A stretch of 64,000 bases of DNA from assembly GCA_951406725.2 (NCBI GenBank), contig OX597818.1, positions 79,484,001 to 79,548,000 on the forward strand, read 5' to 3'. Source of the stretch: Octopus vulgaris. Taxonomy: Eukaryota. The translations under genes were made by a program, and so were the position numbers. How positions within the stretch are numbered: position 1 is the stretch's first letter; each line of letters starts with the position of its first letter. Shown one piece after another: positions 54,061-64,000 of the stretch. Below the pieces are notes generated by a model. It was not told where the DNA came from. It searched no databases and was given only the letters and a program-made list of their open reading frames with translations.

Positions 54061-54436
54061 TTGTTTTAGCACAATCTGTTTTAATGAACCAATATGATTA
54101 TCAAATATTTGGGGAGCAAACCACAAATTTAACAAATTATAGGAATTTTCAAGCGTGTCTACTTCATCAGAAGCTGATTTGTGTTTTCATTTCACTTCTT
54201 AAAAGAAGCAAGAAAATTGATGCAGATTGTTGCAGTGTTTGCGGAACACATCGGGTGCATTCACTTGCGAACAGAAGATAAGTACAGACCATTTCGTCCA
54301 CTCTAGGTTCAAGACCATGACAGTCATATGGGTACCGTCAGAGCTAACGAACACAGGATATTAGTGATGCAAGAGAGATATGTGCCACCGCGTCAGTTAT
54401 CGGGTTCGATGCAAGTGTATGTAGTGATAGATAACA

Positions 54437-54437
54437 G

Positions 54438-54472
<35 letters not shown>

Positions 54473-55086
54473 GTGGTGAGGGATAATGGTAGTGGTTTGA
54501 TGGTTGTGGTGGCAGTGTAGTGACGATAGGAGTAGGAGTAGGAGTATGACGGTGACGATGATGACGATAGTGACGACGATGATAATGCTGGTGGTGGTGA
54601 TGATGATGATGAGGACGATGATGACGATGATTGGTGGTGATGGTGGTGGTGGTGGTGATAGTAGTGGCGGCGGCGGCGACGAAGAGAAGGCCTTTGATGG
54701 TGACGATGACGGCGACATTAATAATGGTGGTGACGGTAGTGATGATGTTGATGATGACGATGATGATAATGATAATGATAGTAGTGGTGGTGGTGGTGGT
54801 GGTGGTGGTAGTGGTTGTGTAGATAGGAGAGACGAGAATGATGATATCTTAATGACTTTGTTTCGGTTACTGTTATTGTTATTTTTTGTTATTTTTCTTG
54901 CTACTAACAGTCGTGTTGTTATTGTCGCCGCTGTCGATGATGATGACAATGATGATGATGATCACGATGGTAGTGTTGGTAATGATATTGTTGAAACTAA
55001 CCCTTATGTTGATCTAAGTATTGGCGTTGTTGTTGCTGTTATTGTTGTGCCTGCTATCAACGATGACGATGAGGACGGCGACGACA

Positions 55087-55127
<41 letters not shown>

Positions 55128-55210
55128 AGTGGCGCTAGTGGTATTTATGTAGTTAGCACTGTTTGCTACTGTTGTTGCTGTTGTAGTTGTTGTTGTTGTC
55201 GTTGTTGTTG
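54437..55210. repeat. Degenerate (GAT)/(GGT)/(GTT) trinucleotide low-complexity block
   Basis: Read directly from the sequence. Confidence 0.9.
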
Positions 55211-55397
55211 TAGACGTTACTCAAATTTCAACATTGATGTTCGTTATAGTTTTCTATTTTCGCTTCTATTTTTACCGTTTAGGAAGTTCCCGCCCATTTT
55301 TACGCTTTCAACATATTTCGTGTAGATTTTAAACAAAATATAACAAACATCAAACACAACTTATCGCTTGAGACACAACAAATTATATTATTATTAT

Positions 55398-55890
55398 TTC
55401 ACATACGCACAATAGATTAGAAAAGAAAAAAATCCTAACATCGGGCTACAAGTAACCTTAGATGCCAAGAACTTTCCTAAGTATCCTAGCTGTTCCTAAT
55501 AACATTGTTTTCTAGAGCTGCGCTAGACGAGGCTTTATGCCTATTTCCTCTATCCATCTGTTCAAATCTTTAGGGATAGTTCCTAATGCACCTACAGCTA
55601 CAGGGATACATTTTACCCGCACTTTCCATAAACAATGTAACTCAAAGGCTTGGTCCTAGAACTTTGTTATTTTCTCTATGCCTTTCATATTGACTTACTC
55701 CTCATTTGGGAGTGTAAAGTCATTTACCTGACGCTTTCTATTCTCTTTGTCTACTACTACTAAATCAAGCCTTCTAGTTTCTATTATTCTGTCAGTTTGA
55801 ATGTTAAAATCCCATTTCTAGCACTTTGCTAGATTCATGCTCATACTATTTATCTGTATGATCAAATCCTAGCTTTCTTCATAACTCCCA
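55398..55890 (-). mobile_element. R4/Dong-like LINE 3' fragment (REL domain), a further subfamily
   Basis: Minus strand WDFNIQTDRIIETRRLDLVVVDKENRK..IEKITKF*D..LWKVRVKCIPVAVGALGTIPK..LLGTARILRKVLGI*; short (TAA)n tail at 55381-55397. Confidence 0.85.
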
Positions 55891-55910
55891 ATAGATTATT
55901 TCCCCTGGGT

Positions 55911-56690
55911 TGGCGAGCTGGCAGAAACGTTAGCGCGCCGGGAGAAATGCTTAGCGGTATTTCGCCTGCCATTACGTTCTGAGTTCAAATTCCGCCGAGG
56001 TCGACTTTGCCTTTCATCCTTTCGGGATCGATTAAATAAGTACCAGTTACGCACTGGGGTCGATATAATCAACTTAATCCGTTTGTCTGTCCTTGTTTGT
56101 CATCTCTGCGTTTCGCCCCTTGTGGGTTGTAAAGAAATAGGTATTTCGTCCGCCGCTACGTTCTGAGTTGAAATTTCGCCGAGGTCGACTTTGTCTTTCA
56201 TCCTTTCGGTCTCGATAAAAAGTACCAGTTACGCACTGTGGTCGATGTAATCGACTTAATCCGTTTGTCTGTCATTGTTTGTCCCCTCTATATTTAGCCC
56301 CTTGCGGGCAATAAAGAAATAAGAATCGTATGCTCACCGGTATTTCGTCTGTCTTTACGTTCAGAGTTCAAATTCTGCCGACGTCGACTTTGCTTTTCTT
56401 CCTTTCGGGAGTCGATAAAACAAGTACCGCTTGCGCACTGGAGTCGATGTAACCGACAAGCCCTTCCCACCAAAAATTTCAGTCCTTGTGAAAGGATTAT
56501 TTTTATTCTCTTTATTAAGGTGGCGAGCTGGCAGAACCATTAGCACGTTTAGGGGGATTACGTCCGACTTAATGTTTTAATTTGAAATTCTTTCGAGGTC
56601 GATTTATTAAATATCAGTCAAGCACTAGATTGATGTAATCGACTAACCCCTTCCTGCAAAATTCCATGCTTTGTGCCAAGAGTAGAGAGG
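55911..56690 (+). mobile_element. Tandem multimer of SINE family A
   Basis: The GGTATTTCG..ACGTTC.GAGTT.AAATT..GCCGA.GTCGACTTTG..GTACC..GCACTG..GTCGAT.TAA unit occurs at ~55955, ~56140 and ~56338, plus a decayed copy from 56520. Confidence 0.85.
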
Positions 56691-56904
56691 ATTATTATTA
56701 TGATTATGATAATTATTATTATCAAAAAAAATTACTCATCCATCCGCACTGAGATCTCAAGTGTCGATGAATCAAGTACCAATCGATTTAATCAACTACT
56801 ACTTTTCAAAATACTGCGTGCTTGTTGCGAAGTTAACAATTATTAGTAATATGTTTTTCTATGGTTTTATAATATAATAGATAAGATGGTAGATAAAGAT
56901 TCTT

Positions 56905-57102
56905 CCCGAGCCATATAGACTCATAGATGCCGGTTTCCTGGTTCATCGCAGGTTATCTCATTTTTGCCAACCGAGTGGACTGAAGCAACGTGAAATGAAG
57001 GGTTTTGCTCAAGAACACAACGCGCCGCCTGGTCCAAGAATCGAAACTACAATCTTACGATCATGAGTTCAACACCCTAACCACTAAGCAACACGCCTCC
57101 AC
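56905..57102 (-). mobile_element. SINE family C
   Basis: TTTTTGCCAA.CGAGTGGACTG.AGCAACGTGAAATGAAG..GAATCGAAAC.ACAATCTTACGATCATG..CCTAACCACTAAGC.ACACGCCTCCAC. Confidence 0.8.
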
Positions 57103-60100
57103 TTATGATATTATACTAATATTTTACCGGAATATCTATGTACCTGTTACATTTTGGTAGCCAGTTCACTCCCTCTCTAAAACGTGTGGGTTTATGCTAG
57201 CTTTAGAAATCATTATTAAAAATTGAAGCAGGCTGAAATAATGGAGTGATAGATAAACTACCTTCTTTTATTGAGATATGCCTTTTATGTTCTGAGTTCA
57301 AACCCTAGAATCGATATAAAAATATATATCAATTGAGTATCTAATCAATTAGATCTTCCCGTAAGATCTATTATTATTTTGTGCTTATATTAGAAATCCT
57401 GTTATTTATTCCAGTAGTTTTATGCGTATTGTATCTTTCCATTGCTCCAAAAGGTGAAACGATTGTAGACAACAAATCTATTTTAGATTTGATTATTTTA
57501 AAAATTATTCTAGCCAAACGTTTACTCTTCTAGGAAATTAACTTACTCTAGTTAATTAATTTGGCTATAAAAACAACAAATATATTTACAGTTCTCAATT
57601 TCATAGAGTTGGATTTTTAATTCTCAATTTCATAGAGTTAGATTTTACCCATTTCTTAGGAAGCTTCTTCTCTTTAATGTATTAGAGTTTTAACCAGAAA
57701 GTTTTTGTTCCTTTTTGAAGGAAGGCCATATTAATTTTCATGTAATGGTGTTGAGCTGTTTAATGTGACTATGATTTCGTATAACGGATGTTAGCGAATG
57801 TATTTTTAGTTATGTTTAACAGAACATACGTTTGAGACAAGCTACTCTTAACCTACGGTAACTGAGGCATAAGGGGAAAAATATACCACCTCTCTATCAG
57901 AACACATCTGGGCATTAAAGCACGGCCCAGAAGAATTTTAAAATATTGTGAGCAGCGGTCGAAATGTATGAAACCATGTTATGTATGGAGTGGAGTGTCT
58001 ACAACATGACATTTGTTCGCCTCCGTGAAATTCTTTATAGTTACAGCGCGATTCAATTTACTAAATTCTGAACACGAATTTCGAAGCCTCGACATAAAAA
58101 TATTTACTACGGATTTTTTTCTCTCTTCACAGGTTGCATATATTTCTTATATACGTGTAATTTCTTTGAGGTTCTTCGAAAGTTCTGGAAGTTAATTTCA
58201 AATTATTTGAATATTGCTTTGTATCAGAGCCTTTCTGTAACCCAAGTATTACTAAAAGCATTTCATATTGATAAGCCAATATCTTTTCTCAAGTTTGGAA
58301 AAAGAACTTGAATTTGTTTACTCTACTGAAATTCCTATATAATTTATTATCATATTATTATTATTATTAATATATAACATAATATTATATCATAACATAT
58401 ATTATTTCAGCACTGTTCGGTTGATTTTTTTTGTATTGTTAACATTCATATCACTCTCAACACTCTTTCTCTCTCTCTCCCCATCTCATAGTCTCTTTTA
58501 TTGTTTCATATATTCTGCGGTTCTTTATTTTCCTCTCCTTCTTTTTCAAATCCAGCGAATAAAATGTATCAATATCAGTTTTTGTCTTCCCGTATGCTTC
58601 CATACATCCACTAACCACTCTCTTTCTTCCATATTCTGGATAATAACTCAAGCCTACTTTTCTTCTCTAATCATCTCTGCTTCGATACTTTTATTCACCC
58701 TACGTTCTCAAATATATACAGTGTTTCCATATTCACTTCTATCATCATTGTTATTAACCACTCTCTGCATTATAATTATTTTTAAAAAGTAAATGAATAT
58801 TTCTAATACATCTTATAATTATAATGTAACGCTATGTGAACACATGTTATCCTTCTTTCTATATTTTCCTTTCTGTCTTCTCTGTTTTGCATATATTTCT
58901 TTTCTTAATTTCCTATTTTCTTTATTTCCCGTTTTCTCTTTCATTTTCTCTTTTTTCAACTTTGAGTTTCATTATTTATCTCTCAACTTCTTTTTGCCTA
59001 TCTATTTCCAATGTCCATATTTGTCTTTCATTTTTTACTTCGATTTGTATTCTAATTTTCCTTCAGTTCGATTACATTTATTTTTTACTTATCTTATTTA
59101 GAAATACATCATATGTGCGCGCCGCTTTGAAAACTATCACAACAAAACACCAAAATATTGAATTTGTTGACGAGGCTTCATATCCGAACAAACATGCATA
59201 CACACACACATACACACACGCATACACATACACGCACGCATACAATTAGCTAGCACATCTAAGATAGGTTGGTTGAGTTTTCTTGATCGCCTTGAAACTG
59301 TTATTAACTTCCAGATGCACCACTTCATGTTGACAACAGGTGCTCACACTGACTCTATCGGCCGAAGAAATTATCCCCCATACCAGTAGATGACACTGCC
59401 CTGTCATGTGATTTCACCACTTTCTGCGTGTAAATGTCAATAAAAAGAGAGATGGGAAAATAAGTGTATGAAATATATTCACAAAATTCATTATTAGCGA
59501 CGTAAACGATATTAGTTCAAAATTAGAGATCTATATACATATTTAAAACTGCGATATTCGTCTTCAGAAAGTAAATCTTATACACTTAGAATATTAAAAA
59601 CAAGACTATCGTCAGCAGGTGCAAGACACCAAATATTGACGGTGTCTAGATTTCTGCTTATTAGCTTCTTCAGTAACAGTTTATGTATACTGATCGCTAA
59701 CTTTCAACTGATACTGCTTCTGTTCATCTCACAGATAAATGTGACATCAGTGATGCCGCATTTACTGTTCAACTATATCAGCTAGCCACCGATGTTTGCT
59801 CGACATGAGATGGTGTGAAAATTTATTTATTTTCTTCTTTCCTTATAACAATGTTCCTCTTCAATTACCAAATTTTAAATGATGAATTTTAAATTGTAAG
59901 CTTTTAAATTATAGTCACAGGAACTACGATCTGCGTTTCGACCAAATCCATATACGCTATATAAACTTGTACGTTATAAGAGTAATTAGCCGTAGCCAAT
60001 AGCAGTAGGGTGAAACTCAGAAATAAGACGTTACGAAATCTCAGTTTTTAGCTGTTGTTATTTATTAAGTACGCGTTATATATTGAGCACTCTTTCGTTA

Positions 60101-60443
60101 AGTTTGCTTATCTTATATAAATACACATTCAGACTAACACACATGCATAGATAAATACTACTAATGTATATGCGTGCATAAATTTCTATATATACATACG
60201 TATATCCAAATACATATATACATGCATACATACATATATATATATATATGTAAATATATATATATATTTGTATATATACACACAGTCACATACCCACACA
60301 TATACATATATATTGTAGAAGGGCAGAGGAAGATTTCTACATACAGACACTGCGTAAACAGACATGAATTCAAATACGTGTACGTAAACAGATAATTTGA
60401 TACTATAATATATATGTGGAAGTGTGTGCATGCATGTATGTCC

Positions 60444-60616
<173 letters not shown>

Positions 60617-60629
60617 CATATATATATTA

Positions 60630-60684
<55 letters not shown>

Positions 60685-61012
60685 TAAAACTGAATATCTA
60701 TCTCTCAACTTAAGTTTCACACCGAAGATTCCAGTCGCATGACATTCGAGTCGTGGGATATATATTCCATTCTCATAAACCATATACTTTACGAACTTTG
60801 TTGATATATATATAAAGATGTGTGTGTGTGAATACATACTCATTTACATATACATATAGATATGTGTGTATATATATACATATATATACATACACAAACG
60901 TACACACACGCAGATATATATATACATATATATGCATATGTGTTTGAGTGTGTGTAATTGTACGTGTATACATGTATATGCGTGTGTGTATATATATATA
61001 TATATAAATATG

Positions 61013-61088
<76 letters not shown>

Positions 61089-61090
<2 letters not shown>

Positions 61091-61445
61091 CACTGGCGTA
61101 GCACTGTGGTAAGAAGCTTGCTTCCCAACCATATGGTTCCGGGTTCAGTGACCTCTAGCCTCGGGCTGAGTAAAGCCTTGTGGGTGAATTTGTTAGACAG
61201 AAACTGAAAGAAGACCGTCGTATGTATATATCTATGTGTGTATCTTCACCTCTGTGTTTGCCTCTCCGTCACTGCTTGACAACCGGTATTGGTGTGTTTA
61301 CGTTGTCGTAAAGTAACCGATAGGATAAGTGCTGGGCTTTAAAAAAATAAACCCTAGGGTCGATTTGTGCGATCAAAATACACTTCTTGGCGGTGCTCCA
61401 GCATATCCACAGTCCAATGATAGAAACAAGTAAATAAATAGAAGA
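61089..61445 (+). mobile_element. SINE family B
   Basis: GTGGTAAGAAGCTTGCTTCCCAACCATATGGTTCCGGGTTCAGT..GCTTGACAACCGGTATTGGTGTGTTTACG. Confidence 0.8.
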
Positions 61446-61584
61446 ATATATATATATATATATATATTGTTCAACATAAAATTTCTCTGCATTTCTTTTT
61501 ATCCTTTACACTACAATTTACGACGTGAAAATAAAATTTTCTATCGAACCTTTTCACTTTATTTATCCATATAAGTACATGATA

Positions 61585-61874
61585 TTAGAGGATAGAACAT
61601 TCGGCTCCCGATCGTAAGATCGTGAGTTCGATGCACGGCAGCGCTCTGTGTCCTTCAGCAAGACACATTATTTCACGTTACTCCAGTCCACTCAGCCGGA
61701 ATAAAAGTTAGTAATACCTGTATTTCAAAGGGCAGTTTTGTTGCATTCTGTCTCACGCTTAATCTCTTTGAGAACTACATGATGGTTTTGCGTGTAATTT
61801 GCACTTTAAGTTCACGAGCTTGGGGTCCCGTTGATCGGATCAGCTGGAACTCTCGTCATCGAAAGCGACAGAGT
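61585..61874 (+). mobile_element. SINE family C
   Basis: Collinear with 6950-7262 (CGATCGTAAG..GTGAGTTCGAT..TACCTGTATTTCAAAGGG..GTTGATCGGATCA.CTGGAA). Confidence 0.75.
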
Positions 61875-61896
61875 GTATATGTGAAGAGAGAGGTAA

Positions 61897-61942
<46 letters not shown>

Positions 61943-62205
61943 TGTATGTATGTATTCTCTACCACGGTACCGGTGAAGGCAGTGTTGTCATGCTGCTGGT
62001 CCGAACTCCTGGTACGTCCACTAGTACTTACTCCATTTCATCTTTGCGCAACCTCATTAAGTTCGTTCGATAGCTCCAAAGCTCTTTCTGTATATTTATT
62101 ATTTTTCACCGTGTGTTGTATATAGCGGCAAGGCTTCGTGCTGTTATATATGCATAATTCTTTGTCTGATGTATTTATATAATGTTTTGGTTGTTTTTGT
62201 TTTAG

Positions 62206-62363
62206 TATACATGCGCTAGCTTTTACCGAGCAGCGTCTCCAAAATTGAGCGGTCTCAACGGTAATGTCGCGAAACCACTACGTCATTTTGAGTCACTGAC
62301 TGACGAGGAAAACTCACCGGCTAATATTCCGAGTATCGTGACTTTGTCTAAATTTCCCGTCCG
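62206..62363 (+). CDS. Candidate internal coding exon of an unidentified host gene
   Basis: T-rich acceptor TTTTGGTTGTTTTTGTTTTAG|, 158-nt open frame [53 protein letters not shown], strong donor CG|GTAAGC; GC-richer, non-repetitive island. Confidence 0.45.
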
Positions 62364-62473
62364 GTAAGCGTTCGTCTAGTTTCCCGTTTACTCTGGTACC
62401 GTCTAACTTTTTCTCCTTGTTGTGTTCTTTCTATTCAACCCTTGATATATACACAATATATATATATATACAT

Positions 62474-62520
<47 letters not shown>

Positions 62521-62524
62521 TATG

Positions 62525-62561
<37 letters not shown>

Positions 62562-62577
62562 GTATGTATATATATAT

Positions 62578-62923
62578 ATTATATAAAATCCGTTCTGTCT
62601 GTCTGTGTGTATGTCTTTTAGGATCTCGGGCATACTCCATCCGATTGCGCTCAAATTTGATATTTAGATACTGACGGTATCAGGGAGTGTATAAGCCTTG
62701 AAAAAATTACAAAAATCGATTCCAGGTGAGGATGCGATCGATAAAGCCGTGAGAACGTGCATTTTTACACACAAGTACATCAGCTATTGCTCAAATTTAG
62801 GTTAAATCAGTGTTTCTCAAAGGGGAGACCTATGGGACGGTCGGAAAAGTTGTTTTGAGAAATTTTGGTTTAAATGTTTGACAACTCAGCACCGTCCATT
62901 GGACGCAGTGCGTTTTTGCTCGT
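62578..62923 (+). mobile_element. Short non-autonomous Helitron-like element
   Basis: TATATAAAA..(CTGT)n..CCGATTGCGCTCAAATTT head; 3' hairpin GCACCGTCCATTGGACGCAGTGC (62889-62911) followed by CTCG|T. Confidence 0.6.
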
Positions 62924-62945
62924 GAATATATATATATATATACAC

Positions 62946-63046
<101 letters not shown>

Positions 63047-63092
63047 CATGTGCGTGTGTGTGTAGTTCGGAGAGGTTTTCAAAAGAACTACA

Positions 63093-63650
63093 CAGGGTGT
63101 TCGCAGTGATTTTGACAGTTTGCATAAAAGGAAGATAAATTCCATCCCAAAATATATACTGGAACGGAACAGTTTACTCAAATTCAATCACCACCAGAAG
63201 ACGGCTCCTGAACCTGGCGCCTGCGTTCTTCACTGTGTCTCAGAATATATTCGACTCCTTGATCTTGGCCACCAACACGGTATTGGTGTTGCAGGCAGAG
63301 CGGTTAGTGTCTTTCTCAACCATGCCACTCCACACAGTAACCCATGTTATAACAATCGCGGGGATGAAAGGTCAGAAATAGCGAGTGGTGTAATCGTAGA
63401 AATTCCCAGACAGCCACTTCTGACGTTTTCTGGCGGTATGGCAAAACGCCAAATCCTGCTGCAGCACCTATGGCCTTCAAGCAACAACTTTCTACAGCCA
63501 GGGTTTGACTACAGTCTCAAGCAGCTTTGAATATCTGTCTGAATTGAAACTAAGGCCCACTTCAAAGACGTGGGTTAGCATAACATCACCATGAACTTAC
63601 TTTTCATGATATTCATGACACGTCTCACAGTCTAAACAGTATTTACAGTG
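63093..63650 (-). mobile_element. maT (DD37D-type) transposase remnant
   Basis: Minus strand VVKPWL*KVVA*RP*VLQQDLAFCHTARKRQKWLSGNFYD..VEKDTNRSACNT..LVAKIKE..ARFRSRL; CAGGGTG terminus at 63093. Confidence 0.75.
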
Positions 63651-63713
63651 CACTGAGCAGCAGTCATGATGTCAGAATTCTGATACTCAGCACGAATCAT
63701 CATTATAAAGATA

Positions 63714-64000
63714 GGCGCAGCAGTGGCTGTGTGGCGAGGCGCAGGAGTGGCTTGCTTACAAACCACATGGTTCCGGGTTCAGTCCCACTGCGTGGCACCT
63801 TGGGCAAGTGTCTTCTACTATAGCCTCGGGCCGACCAAAGCCTTGTGAGTGGATTTGGTAGACGGAAACTGAAAGAAACCCGTCGTGTATATGTATATAT
63901 ATAGGTATGTGTGTGTATATGTTTTTGTGTCTGTGATTGTCCCCCCAAAATCGCTTGACAACCGATGCTGGTGTGTTTACGTCCCCGTCACTTAGCTTAC
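63714..64000 (+). mobile_element. SINE family B (runs off the window end)
   Basis: GGCGCAG head duplicated, then CCACATGGTTCCGGGTTCAGTCCCACTGCGTGGCACCTTGGGCAAGTGTCTTCTACTATAGCCTCGGGCCGACC. Confidence 0.9.

Noticed and set aside
54504-55325. 273-aa Asp/Gly/Cys-rich ORF
   Set aside because: Built from degenerate GAT/GGT/GTT repeats, open in several frames, no splice or domain support.
55911-56690. Regularly spaced repeats resembling a CRISPR array
   Set aside because: Units are ~190-bp SINE segments without unique spacers; eukaryotic context and no cas genes.
58133-59810. Good-looking acceptors at 58132, 59314 and 59735
   Set aside because: No convincing donor or recognisable peptide; expected by chance in T-rich DNA.

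Overview
AT-rich, microsatellite-saturated eukaryotic DNA. The (TA)n, (GATA)n, (TAA)n, (CA)n and (GGT)n tracts and the abundant tRNA-derived SINEs look like an octopus/coleoid cephalopod genome (inference, not verified). Almost all ORFs in the supplied track are microsatellite artefacts. Real content: five pieces of R4/Dong-like RT-REL LINEs sitting at (TAA)n tracts, two RTE-clade LINE fragments (one 5'-inverted with a 13-bp TSD), several Tc1/mariner/maT remnants and MITEs, two Helitron-like elements, three SINE families, a tRNA-Thr pseudogene and a few weak candidate + strand exons. The most notable signal is about a dozen whole or half type I hammerhead-ribozyme motifs (CUGANGA-helix II-GAAAC-palindrome-GUH). 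Several have very long or branched helix II, use different palindromic loops in different families, and lie in inverted or tandem Penelope-like pseudo-LTR structures bounded by (TA)n. All coordinates were read by eye; no alignments, folding runs or database searches were performed.
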